Below the pieces are notes generated by a model that saw only the letters and a list, made by a program, of their open reading frames with translations, made no database searches and was not told where the DNA came from. Positions 43,834 to 55,782 of a stretch of 64,000 nt of DNA are shown here, piece by piece (position 1 is the first letter of the stretch; every line of letters starts with the position of its first letter). The DNA is from Pirellulaceae bacterium (GTDB taxonomy: Bacteria > Planctomycetota > Planctomycetia > Pirellulales > Pirellulaceae). The stretch is from assembly GCA_963697195.1 (NCBI GenBank), contig CAVOND010000009.1, positions 263,821 to 327,820 of the forward strand. The letters run 5' to 3'. The translations under genes were made by a program, and so were the position numbers.

Positions 43834-46736
43834 GTGCCCGCACGCATTTACGCGCTCGCTAAAGAACTCAATATCGATAGTAAAGATCTGGTGGACCTGG
43901 TTAAGAAGGTCGGGATTACCGGAAAGGGATCAGCCTTGGCGAGCCTCACGGATGAGGAAGCCCAAAAAGTTCGTGAACATCTCTCGGCAGCGGAGAGGCC
44001 CGCGCAGCCCGTTGTCTCCGCGGTTGCTGCACAAGGTGCCGTTCGCGATGCCGTTCCGTTGGAACGCAAGCCGATCGCCATCAAAGTAGGCCGAAGCTCG
44101 GGGCAGCGGATGTCGCAGCGAGATTCTGCGCGGCCGAGTTCACCGGCTCCCAGCCAGCCCGCTTCGACATCGGAAGTGGGGGCGGACAAGGAAGTCGTCC
44201 AGCCCAGTGCTCAAGCATCAGCGGCGCCGCCATCAAGTACGCCAGCCGCTACGCCGCCATCAGGCGAACAGTCGTCCGCTGGCGAATCGGCCGCGGCCGG
44301 CGGTTCGATGGTCAGCCGCATCAAGAGCCGGATGGCGGATCGCAAGTCGCCAGCCTCCTCGTCGGATTCGATCGCCCCGCTTCGCCGTGATAACGCGATC
44401 GCCTCGGCGGGCAAAATGCGATCGCTCGACCGCCGACCGGTGGCGGTGGCGAAAAGAAACCGGGCGATGCTGGCAAGGGCAAACGCAGAGAACCACGCAT
44501 CAACGTCAAGATGGCGTCGCTGCCAGATGTGGTCGAGCCGACGCCCGAGCAAGCCGGCAGCCGGCGAACCGAAAGCACAGAAGCCGGACGTGAAATTGAG
44601 CCCGGATGTGATTGCCGGCCATCGCCAGGGAATGCGAGCACCGCTGGAACAACTGGTCAAAGAAGACACCGAAAAGAAACGAGCCGGCGCTGCTGCCAAG
44701 CGCGGCGGTTTGAGTGGCTTCACCGGTGAAAAGGCTCGCAAAGGCGAAAAAGAGTTCGAGGATGATCGTCCGCGCAAGAAATTGGCGGGGATGGCCAGTC
44801 CGCGTGCCGAGCGAACCCGCGGGAAGGGACGCGCCAAGATCAGCCTCGATCAGAGTGGTGGGCCGGGTGGCTCGATGCCTCGGATGCCTCGTGGATCGTC
44901 CAAGAAGCGCCGAGGGGTCAATACCGCAGCACCTCGCAAAGAGGCGGTGATGCTGGAATTGCCATGTACCGTACGGTCCTTCTCCGAAGCGGCCGGTGTC
45001 TCGGTAGGCAAGGTTCTCGGAACGCTGATGGCGATGGGCGTTCAATTCAATTTGAACATCAACTCCCAGCTGGACTTGGAAGCCGCGGAGATGATCGCGT
45101 CGCGAACTCGATCTGTCCATTCAGCTCAAGGCCGCTGAAACCCTGGAGGATGCGGTGATCACCGAGCTGGAAGAGCAGGAAGACGATCCCGATTCGCTGG
45201 TGCCTCGCGCCCCGATCGTGACGTTCCTCGGTCACGTCGACCACGGCAAGACGAGCTTGCTGGACTACCTGATTGGAATCGATGTGGTGAGCGGGGAAGC
45301 CGGCGGGATCACCCAGCACATTCGGGCTTACGAGGTTGAGAAAGACGGTCGCAGCGTGACGTTTGTCGATACGCCCGGTCATGAAGCGTTCACGGAAATG
45401 CGGGCTCGCGGTGCCAACGTGACCGATATCGCGGTCCTCGTGGTTGCTGCGGATGACGGCATCATGCCGCAGACCGAAGAGGCGATCAGCCATGCCAAGG
45501 CGGCCGAAGTTCCGATCGTCGTCGCCCTCAACAAGATCGACTTGGAAGGGGTGGATGTGAATCGCGTCATGACCCAATTGACCGAGCACCAGTTGACACC
45601 GAGTGAATGGGGTGGCGAGGTCGAAGTCGTTCCCACCAGTGCCATCAAGGGGACGGGAATGGACGCGCTGCTTGAGACGCTGCTGACCATCGCCGAGTTG
45701 AACGAGTACAAGGCCAATCCCAATCGACCCGCTCTCGGCGTCTGCTTGGAGTCGGAGCAGCAAGGCGATCGTGGTGTCGTTGCCAAGCTGATCGTTCAAA
45801 ACGGAACGCTCCATGTGGGTGACATTGTTGTCTGCGGTGCTGCTTACGGACGGGTTCGCGCGATGACCGACACGCTGACCGGTAAGCCGAGTCGAGTCGG
45901 CCGGACCGAGTACTCCAGTGAACGTGACGGGCTTTGACGAGCCGCCGGGCGCCGGCGAACGTTTCCACGTGCTCGACGACATCACCAAAGCCCGCGAGAT
46001 CGCCGAAGATCGAGCTCACGCCAGCAGTCAAGAAAATCTTTCAGGTGTCACCACGAAGATCTCGTTCGAGAGCTTCCAGGAGATGCTGCAGGAAGGCCGA
46101 CTGGGACGCCACGAAGACAAGGTCAAGTTGAACTTGATCGTTCGTGCCGATGTGAAGGGCTCGCTGGAAGCCATCGACAAAGAGCTGACCAAGCTGGATA
46201 ACCCGGAAGTCGAAGTCCGCGTGTTGCAGCGTAGCGTCGGTGGTGTAACCCTTGCTGACGTCACGCTGGCATCCGCATCCAATGCGGTGATCGCGGCCTT
46301 CAACGTCATCCCCGACGAACAGGCTCGTTCGCTCGCGGATGAACGCAACGTGGAGATTCGTCGCTATGACGTCATCTATAAGTTGACCGACGACATCAAG
46401 GCGATGATCGAAGGCCGGCTGAAACCGGAAGAGCGGGTCGTCGAACTGGGACGCGCGCTGGTCAAGCAGGTCTTTTCGATCAGCCGTGTGGGTACCATCG
46501 CCGGCTGTTACGTTGCTCAAGGTTCGATCCAACGTGGGTGCCGTATCCGTGTCAATCGCGATGGCCGAACGATCGGCGACTACGCACTCGATTCGCTCAA
46601 GCGAATCAAGGAAGACGTCAAGGAAGTTCCCCGAGGGATGGAGTGCGGGATTCGACTGCAGGGCTTCAACGATATCAAGCAAGACGATGTCCTGGAGGCA
46701 TACCGCATCGAAGAGGTTGCCCGAACCCTCGACTAG
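43834..46736 (+). CDS. infB: Translation initiation factor IF-2 (split by indels)
   Basis: RIYALAKEL; GHVDHGKT; DTPGH; NKID; ADVKGSLEA; ECGI. Confidence 0.96.
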
Positions 46737-46878
46737 TTTGATCGATCGGTTTGTAACACCGAAGCTCCGGGGAAAGGTCCACTCACGTCCTCGTTCCACG
46801 GAGGACCGCGTGTCGCAGGCTTGCCGAAAGAGCCCCTCCCCTGATTCTGATCCCTGACCGTGAAACCTTTGATCCACC

Positions 46879-47337
46879 GTGACTAGTCGACGTTTATTGA
46901 AAGCCGCCGAAGCGATTCGTGAAGTGGTCGCGGCATCGATCTTGACCGAAATCCGAGACCCTCGGGTCCAGGATGTCACGGTGGTGGGTGTGAAGGTCAG
47001 TCCCGACTTGCGCGAAGCCAAGGTTTCGGTCAGCATCATGGGTGACGAGAAACAGCAGCAACTATCGCTGCGGGGATTGCAGAACGCTGCAGGGTTCTTG
47101 CAGAGTAAAATCGCCAGCCGGATTGACGCCAGGCACACGCCACGACTGCAATTCGTGATCGACAAAGGGGTCCAGCATTCCTTGCTCGTCGGCGAGATTC
47201 TGGAAAAGATCAAGCGAGAAAAGCAGGACGCGGCATCACCCGTCGAATTGGACGCCGATGCCGACGCTGCTTCGCCAGATCCAAGCCCGCCCATGGAGGC
47301 GGTGCCGCAAGAGCCTACCGAGGATCCGACCTCTTGA
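46879..47337 (+). CDS. rbfA: Ribosome-binding factor A
   Basis: IRDPRV...VSPDLREAKV...RHTPRLQF; directly after infB. Confidence 0.94.
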   Translation: MTSRRLLKAAEAIREVVAASILTEIRDPRVQDVTVVGVKVSPDLREAKVSVSIMGDEKQQQLSLRGLQNAAGFLQSKIASRIDARHTPRLQFVIDKGVQHSLLVGEILEKIKREKQDAASPVELDADADAASPDPSPPMEAVPQEPTEDPTS

Positions 47338-47419
47338 CCTCGCGGCCAGCAACCGGTTCCCTCCGGGGCCGACGCCTCGAAACTTCCTTCCTCCACCCTA
47401 CTGATCGACCTAGCACAAG

Positions 47420-48479
47420 ATGTCTGCGAGCAACCGCGCCTCTCTGATTACCAAGCTTCATACGGCACTGAAGAAGCACTACAAGCCGCTTCCCGCGCAG
47501 CCGACTCGACCGCTGCTGGAGCATGTGCTCTACGCATCGCTCTTGGAAGACTCGCCGGCAGATCTGGCGGACGAAGGGATGGCCAAGTGCGAGCAGGAGT
47601 TTTTCGATTGGAATGAGGTACGGGTCACCACCGTTACCGAGTTGAGCCAGGTGTTGGCGAATCTGCCTGATCCTCAAAAGGCTGCTCGCAGGTTGAAGAG
47701 CAACCTGCAGGCGATCTTTGAAGAGTTCTATACCTTTGACCTCGATCACCTGAAGAAGGAAAATCTTGGCAAAGCGGTTGGCAAGTTCGAGAAGATGCCG
47801 GGGATGACTCCGTTTGTACTCAGTTACACGGTCCAGCATGGTCTGGGCGGACACGCGATTCCGGTCGACTACTCGGCCATGGTCATCATGTTGGCGACCG
47901 AAATTGCGTCGCAGTCGGAGGCCATGTCCGGCAAGGTGCCCGGATTAGAACGGGCAATCCCCAAGAGCAAGGGCATCGAATTTGTCGAGCCTCTTGCATC
48001 AGGCCGCCGTGGCACTCAATAAGAGCACCAAGGACAAGACCGCACGAGATTTGTTGGATGCTGTGAGCAAGGGCTCGAGCAAACGTTTGGACCAATGGTT
48101 GGCCAGCAAGAAGGCCGCCAAGAAACGCGTCGTCAAACGCAAGGCCGAGGAGCGAGCGGCCGCCGAAGCGGAGCAGGATGTCCCGGAGGTGCCGGCCGCA
48201 GGCAAGAAATCAAAATCGAAAGCCGCAAAGGAAGCCGCTCCAGCAAAAAAGGCGACCAAGAAGTCGGCTTCCAGTCAGGCGGCGGAAACGTCAGCTCAAG
48301 CTGCGGCAGCGAAAAAGCAGACCAAGAAAACGGCAGACGCCAGTAAAAAGGCTGAAGCAAAAAAGCCCAGCACCAAAAAGTCCGCCAAGCCGGCTACTGG
48401 CAAGGCGGCCAAGAAGTCTGTCAAAAAGACATCGAAAAAGTCGGCCAACCGCAAGTTGACAAAACGCAAACCGCGTTGA
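47420..48479 (+). CDS. HhH-GPD/endonuclease-III-like fold protein with Lys/Ala-rich C-terminal tail (one indel)
   Basis: FFDWNEVRV; KMPGMTPF...AIPVD; tail rich in KK/AK/SK. Confidence 0.65.
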
Positions 48480-48558
48480 TCTTGTTCTCTTTGATTCACC
48501 TCCGACGATCCCAACTCGATTCATTGGGACGCTTTCCCTTTTATCTGCAAGACATCCC

Positions 48559-49302
48559 ATGGCAGGACATTCAAAGTGGGCCAACATCCAGCATCGGAAA
48601 GGTCGCGTCGACGCCCAGCGTGGAAAACTGTGGAGCAAACTTAGCAAGGCGATCATCGTTGCGGCCAAATCTGGTGGCGGCGACCCGACGGCCAATCTTC
48701 GATTGCGCAAGGCCATCGATGATGCCAAAGCGGTCAGCATGCCCAAGGACAACATCCAGCGCGCGATCAAGAAAGGGACCGGCGAACTCGATGGCGGTGA
48801 TCTCGAGGAGATTGTCTACGAAGGTTACGGTCCCGGTGGCGTGGCGGTCATGTGTGTCGCCCTGACCGATAACCGAAACCGCACTGGGCCTGAAATGCGC
48901 TCGATCTTTTCCAAGGCTGGTGGCGAAATCGGCAAGACCGGTTGTGTTTCGTATTTGTTCGACCGCAAGGGCTTGTTTGTCTTCAGCCCCGATGCAGTCG
49001 ATGAAGAGCGTTTGATGGAAGTCGCGTTGGAGAATGGCGGCGACGATGTGGAAACGACCGATGACGGGAAGCTGCAGGTCACCTGCGCCCCGGAAACCTT
49101 CGAGACGCTGCGTGATGCATTTGATGCCGCCTCGATGGAAGCAGAGGTGAAGGAAATCACCCGACTTCCCCAGACGACGGTGGATGCGGATCCAGCGGTC
49201 GCCAAACAAGTGATCAAGCTGTTAGAAACGCTCGACGAACACGACGACATCGAAAACGTCAGTACCAACCTGAATATCACCGACGAACTGATGGACGAGT
49301 AG
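48559..49302 (+). CDS. yebC: YebC/PmpR-family protein
   Basis: MAGHSKWANIQHRK; YEGYGPGG; TDNRNRT. Confidence 0.96.
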   Translation: MAGHSKWANIQHRKGRVDAQRGKLWSKLSKAIIVAAKSGGGDPTANLRLRKAIDDAKAVSMPKDNIQRAIKKGTGELDGGDLEEIVYEGYGPGGVAVMCVALTDNRNRTGPEMRSIFSKAGGEIGKTGCVSYLFDRKGLFVFSPDAVDEERLMEVALENGGDDVETTDDGKLQVTCAPETFETLRDAFDAASMEAEVKEITRLPQTTVDADPAVAKQVIKLLETLDEHDDIENVSTNLNITDELMDE

Positions 49303-49318
49303 GTTTCGGAGCGTACCC

Positions 49319-49592
49319 GTAGCTCAGTCTCTCCGAGACTGTGAGTATTATAGTCGCCGATCGCTCCGCCGATCGCTCCGCCGATTGCTCCGCCGATCGT
49401 AGCGTCGAACTTGAGCAACGTACCGCGAAGCGAATTGCGACTTTCTTTGAGACATTCGCTTGGGACTACAGCCCATGCTGAAAAACTCACAGCCTCTCCG
49501 AGACTGACAGCGTAAGACGGATACCCGCAAGCAAACAACGCGTGATCGCGATTGTTTGCGTTTGATTGCGAGTCTCGGAGAGACTCGCCTAC
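49319..49592. repeat. Cluster of GTAG-type REP units plus a 12-bp tandem repeat
   Basis: GTAGCTCAGTCTCTCCGAGACTG; (CGCCGATCGCTC) x ~3.7; GCGAGTCTCGGAGAGACTCGCCTAC; between convergent genes. Confidence 0.8.
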
Positions 49593-49601
49593 GGTAAATC
49601 G

Positions 49602-52600
49602 CTATTCTTCCTGCTCGATCAGCGAGACCCCCAGAAATTCCAGTACTTTGACGTACTGCAGGTAGAAGACGGGGACCAGTAGCAGCACGAGGAAGGTTGC
49701 CAGCATCAGACCAAAGGCCAGGCTTGCGGCCATCGGAATCATGAGTTGTGCTTGGAACGATCTCTCGGTCATCAACGGAATCAGTCCGGCGATCGTGGTC
49801 AGACTCGTCAAAATGATGGGCCGAAATCGTCGTTCGCCCGATTCCATCAGAGCCTGTTTGATCGGGACTCCATCGCGCACGCGCGAGTTGATGAAGTCGA
49901 TCAACACGATCGAGTCATTGATCACGACGCCAGACAAGGCGACCAGTCCGAACATGCTGAACAGCGTAAGCGGAAGCCCCAGCACGGCGTGACCCCAGAC
50001 GGCCCCGATCATGCCGAAGGGCACGATCGCCAGGATCAAGATCGGTTGCATGTAACTGCGAAACTGCAACACCAACAGCACATACATCGCCAGGATGGCG
50101 ACGGCGAATCCGATCATCAGGCTGCCAACGGATTCATTGCTTTGTTCCCGCTGCCCTTCCCAACGGAGAGCGATGGCAGGGAATTGTTCTTTCAACTTGG
50201 GCACGAAGTTGTTCTGCAGTTCCGTGACGATCAGGTCGGCGTTGGCGGTCGTCTCATCGAGGTCCGCAGAAATCGTGATCGACCGCATTTGGTCGACACG
50301 ATTGATTTCAGAGAAACCTCGATTGAGATTGATTTCAGCAAGCTCTGTGATCGGGCGTTCTTGACCGTCGGCGGTTCGTACTCGGATTTCACGAAAATCA
50401 ACCAGGCTGCCCCGTTCTTCTTCGGGATAGCGGACCATCAACTTGACTTCATGGCGGCCGCGCTGCAGTCGCATCACTTCAGCGCCGAAGTAGGCGTTGC
50501 GAACGGTTTCGCCGAGATCGGTGGGGGTGACGCCTGTCGCCAAGGCACGGTCCTTGACCCGGAATTGGAATTCCCACTTGCCCGGCGTGTTGTCGTCGGC
50601 GATGTCGTAGACGCCCGCGAACTCCCCGAGTCGCTTCTTGATGGACTCGGTGGCGGCGAGCAACTCGTCAACGTGCTCGCTGGGGGCCAACAGCTTGAAC
50701 TCGATTGGTTTGCCGCCCGGTCCCACTCCGACCGAACCATAGGTGACCCGTTCGGCACCGGGGATGTCCCCCACCGCGGCTCTCCAGCGGGCCAGTAGCT
50801 TGTCACTGTGAATGTCGCGGACTTCGGTGTCGTAGAGTTCTGCGAAGACCTGTCCGACATGACTACCAGAGCCACCGCCGCCAGCCGGATTCTGCTAAGT
50901 TCGTGACGGTGCCGATGTCGCGGTAGGTGAGCCGAACCGGGTCCCTCAATACTGCGATCGGTACGAGGATAAATCTCCTCGACGGTGACCCCTTCCAGGG
51001 CCGCACGTTCTTCGGCCACTTCCTTGCTGACTTTGCGAAGGGCTTCTTCAATCCTGCGCGTCGCCCGGTCGGTTTCGAACGCAGTCGTTCCGTCAGGGAA
51101 CGCGACGGTCGCCTGGAGATTATTGTTGTCGGACTTGGGGAATAGGATCGATGGCACGATCCCGCCGCGGATCATGCCAGCGGTCACGATGAACAAGGCC
51201 AGCGCGATCGCCTTGGGGATCCGCGGATGATGCAACGAGAACCGCAACGCCGGCAGATACAGGCGATCGCGTACATTCAGCAGCAACTCCCCCGCTCGGT
51301 CGCTGGCCCATGCCAGGATCATGCCGAAGGGACGAAGCGGATACATCAAGACGGACAGAAAACGGAAGAATCCCGAATGCGAGTGCGAAAGGTGGCAAGG
51401 AAGCACGAACACGCTTTCCCACAGCGAAATCGTGAGCATGGCAATCACGGCAAAGGGAATCACGGCCATGAACTTGCCCATCACGCCGGAGACAAAGAAC
51501 ATCGGAGCAAAGGCGATGATCGTGGTCGTCACCGAGGCCGCTACGCTGGGAACCACTTCCACCGTGCCGTCGATGGCGGCCTGCACTCGCGACTTGCCCA
51601 GCTGCATGTGAGCGTAGATGTTCTCGCCGATCACGATCGCATCGTCGACCACGATTCCCAAAGCGACCAGGAACGAGAACAGGCTGAGCATGTTCAACGT
51701 TTGGCCACCCAGCGCCAACGCGGCGCCTGCGCCGAGAATCGAAATCGGAATGCCCAATGCGACCCAGAACGCGAGGCGAATTTCGAGAAACAGAGCCAGC
51801 ACAAGAAAGACCAGCAATAGCCCCTGGCGACCGTTGCGAAGCAGCAAGTCCAAGCGACCTCGAACTTCTTGACTGCTGTCGCCCCAGAGTACAAAACGAT
51901 AACCCTCGGGGAGCGTGGTGTTGGCCGCGTAGTGGCGAACCACGTCGACCATTGCCAGCAGGTCTTCTTGCTTGGTCCGTTCGACATTCACGACCATCGC
52001 CGGTTCACCATTGATTTCGCCCGCCGACGTGATGTCCTGGAACCCGTCGCGCACCGTACCGAGGTCATTGACGGTCAACACCACGCCACCGGTTTGGGTG
52101 ACCAACGGCAATTTGCCGATCTCGTCCCCGTAGCGGCCTTTGTTCTTGGCCCGCAGCAGGATCTCTTGTCCGTCCGCTTTGAGTTGTCCACCGGGCAGCT
52201 CGATATTGCGGTCGCGAATGATCGCAGCGACTCGGTCGAGCGACAGTCCGTAGCTGCGCAAGGTCGCTTCGGGGATCTCCACATCGATCTGGTAGGGCCG
52301 CGTGCCCATGATCGAAGCGGACGAAACGGCGGAAAGCGTGAGCACCTCATCGCGGACTCGCTCGGTGACTTCGCGCAAACGCAGTTCGCCTTCTGGGGTT
52401 CGATCGGGCGGACCGACGACGCCAATGCGAATGGCGGCTTCGCGAAAGGTGATCTGTTGAATCTGAGGGTCTTCGGCCAGTACGGGAAAGCTGGGGATGC
52501 GATCGATCTCACGATCGATTTCGGACATGACCTTCTGCACGTCGCGGACATCGCTTCGCAATTCCGCCAACACAACTCCGGATCCTTCCTGAGCGATCGC

Positions 52601-52846
52601 CGTTACTTTCTTGATTCCGTCGGTCGAACGAATCGCCTCTTCGATCTTCTGGCAAATCGCCTCTTCGCAATCCTGCGGCGTGGCGCCCGGATAGGGGACG
52701 CTGATCATCACGATCTCAAGTTCAAACGCCGGAAAGACTTCTCGACGCATCCGATACAAGGAGGCGGCGCCGATGATCATCAAGGCGATCACCAGGACAT
52801 TCATGCCCGGTGCATTGGTGATCGCCCAAGTAACGATTCGTCGCAT
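49602..52846 (-). CDS. RND efflux permease (AcrB/AcrD/AcrF family; one indel)
   Basis: LGIVVDDAIVIGEN; GVVINDSIVL; RFRPIILTSLTT. Confidence 0.93.
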
Positions 52847-54614
52847 CAGGCGTCCTCCCCTTGAGCGGCAATGTTGGCAGAAGGAGTGGGCTCGCGAGCG
52901 GCGGCAGCCTGACTGGCTCGTTCCTCCAAGCCGCTTCGCTCCGCACGCACGGGAAAGCTATCCTCTTCGATCGCGCCGACCGGCGAGACGACCACGAAGG
53001 AATCGTTGTTGAGGGCTGCGTCGCGTACTTCGCAAACCCAACGTTTCGTGCTGGCGACCAATCCCGGACTGGCGGGCTGTGATGGAGTCAACGCTTCCAC
53101 CGAGAGCGAGTCGACCGGATGCACCGATTTACGCACCACGACCTGCCCGGCTTGCCAATCCTCAGGATCGAAGTCGCTGTCGAGTTCCACGATTAGCGGT
53201 GCGGTTTCGGCATCCGCAACGGTTGGCTGGACACCATCTTGTTCCAGCCCGGTCGAGTCTGCGTCGAGGACCGATTCATCCGGGATGAACTGAAACACCC
53301 GATTGCCCGGTTGCAGTGCGGTCGCTGGAATCACGACCAACGGCGTTTGTGGCGTGATCAACAATCTTGACCCGGACAAACATGCCCCGCACCAAAGGCG
53401 TGCTGCCGTTGGTTTTCTTGGCATTCCCATCGGCATCAATGAAGGCGGTCGGGTCATCGACGACGACCCGCACCGGCACCGTTCGCGTGGCCGGATCGAG
53501 CCCAATCCCGTCATAGCTCAGCAATCGACCGTGCCATCGATAAACCGCGCCCTCGCGCCCGGTCAATTCATACTCAATGATCGCCGGGGTCTCCGGAAGA
53601 TCGTAGCTGCGTGACGATTCGTCGGCCTTCTCGCCATTTTGATCGAGAATCCAGTACAGCTGATCCATCCGCAGGCTTGTCGCAACCTCCACCTTGGAAG
53701 TGTCTTCGATGGTCAACAAACCACTTCCCCGGGAGACGAACGTGTTCATGTCGGCGTCTTCGCTGACAATGACCCCGTCGATCGGAGCACGGATCTCGGT
53801 ACGCTTCAAATTGATCTCCGCCACTTGCAACTGAGTGGCGGCAAGTCGTTCCGAAGCTTCCAGCCTAACTCGCCTTTTGCGTTGCAGTTCAAGCTGATTC
53901 TCGACTGTGACCAACTGCTGAGTCGCTGCGAGCAACGAGCGGTTGGACTGATCGATTTCGGCGCGGCTGGCGAACCCCTCGGGCAAGGAGGTTTGTCGCT
54001 GGACATCTCGTTGCTGCAGGGCAACATCCTGCTTGGCGACTTCGATCAATCGCTGGGCGTTGACCATCTCTTGATCGAGTTCTTGAATTGCCTGGTATTC
54101 CTGCTCGCGCAGACGGGTCAGACGCTGGACTTCCAGTTCATGATCGGTGGGGTCGATCCGCATCAACAATTGATCGCGTTGCACGTAGCTACCCGACTCG
54201 CAGGCATCCGATTTGTAGACGATGCGACCAGCGACCTCGGCGGCAACCTTGGCTTCGCGATAGGGGACGACCAATCCGTCCACAACCAGGTAAAGTGGCT
54301 GTCCCGTCGATTCGAGCGTTTGCAGTCGGGAGACACGCACGGGCGTCAGAGCGCGGAGACGACCATCGCGAGTCGTGTCGGCTGGCGGTCGCTGTGCCGT
54401 TTCCACGGTGCCGAACCAGGCAAAGATCAACCCCGCCCCAGCCAGCAGCAACAAGCGGAATTGCGACGTTGAACAGCAGTCCGTTCTGTCGCTCGGCGGG
54501 TTCCTCCGAGATGACCTTGGGAATTGGCGCAGAGTCACGAGTCGGCGACGAAAAGGGGCTGCTCAGCTCCGAAGAAGACGGGGGCTGGGAGGTTGCGAAT
54601 GTCGATTCGGTCAT
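52846..54614 (-). CDS. RND periplasmic adaptor subunit (split by indels)
   Basis: EVAGRIV; coiled coil; TEIRAPIDGVI; DPATRTVPV; LVRGMFV. Confidence 0.88.
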
Positions 54615-54666
54615 GATTCGGTGCGATGAGAGGAATAGGGGTGACGGGACAGCCGGCTCGATGGGC

Positions 54667-55432
54667 TCAGTGTTCCGACAGCCATTGATCGAGTTCGTCG
54701 TACTGCTGAATCGCCGTGCCACCTTGGGTCGCCGCCAGCGTCACCGACGTGATGTGTCGACTCAAGGAATCTATGTCAAAGTGTTCTTGTAACTCGCTTG
54801 GCGGGATCAAAACTTGGACGATGCCCCCACCAATTCGGTAGTAAAGACATTGACCAACCACGCTCAGTGCCAACTGCTCGAGCCGGTGCTTGGGGACGCT
54901 CGTGTCGGTCAATTCGCGAATGGTCTCCACGAGCCGATCGAATTGAGGTCGAAAGAACTCCCGCACCATGCTCTCGAACACCGGCGTCGGTCGATGCATT
55001 TCCCGCATCATCAATTGCGTCTCCCAGCCGGACTCGTCACAGGCGAGCATCCGCGAAAGCAGCGTTCGAACGATTCGGTACAGCGTCCGCCTCGGATCAC
55101 CCGTGTCATGATTAGGCGTCGGGAAGCGGCGCTCCCGGCTGTCGCGAATCGCCCCGGATGACCTCTCGGTACAGGCCGAGTTTGTCGCCAAAGTAGTAGC
55201 CAACCGAGGCCACGTTGACGTGCGCCGCCGAGCAGATCTCGCGCACCGTCGCCCCGTCAAAGCCGTGGGCGGCAAAGACCGGGCCGGCCGCTTCGAGCAG
55301 CCGAGTCCGCGTATCGATCTCGCTGTCGCCACGAGCCGACGAGGAGGATTTCGAGCGGGAAAGTGGTTTGGCCGAGACGCTCGATCGGGTGGCCCGGCCG
55401 CTTCGCTTCGATGCTTTGGTGGTTTCCGCCAT
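54667..55432 (-). CDS. TetR-family regulator (CecR-like; one indel)
   Basis: TRLLEAAGPVFAAHGFDGATVREICSAAHVNVASVGYYFGDKLGLY; MREMHRPT; SVVGQCLY. Confidence 0.9.
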
Positions 55433-55471
55433 GCTGGCTCGCTTGATCGAGGTTGGACCAGGGAACACTTG

Positions 55472-55502
55472 TTCAAACGATTGTTTAAAACGGCTGTTTA
55501 AA
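55472..55502. promoter_or_regulatory. Candidate tandem TetR operators
   Basis: Overlapping palindromes TTCAAACGATTGTTTAAA and TTAAAACGGCTGTTTAAA about 40 bp upstream of the TetR start. Confidence 0.6.
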
Positions 55503-55782
55503 GTCAAGGTGATTTGTTGACAGATTTCCGCAGATGGAGCGCAATCGTTGCGGTCGAGGTCGCCTCACCTGTTGGCTTGTCGGCTTTTCGCGGAGCGCGG
55601 GTGACGCTCCTTGACCCCGCATCTTCATTCGGGATTGACGGTCCTGTGCTGCCCCCATCATCCTTTGGTGAACCCGACGCTCTGTCGCTCCCTCCGTTGT
55701 TTCGCAGGGGTGCCGCCACCCGGGTGGACGCTCGCCGCTGGTATGCGAGGTCCCAACAACCGCGAAGAGGATGTGATTGACC

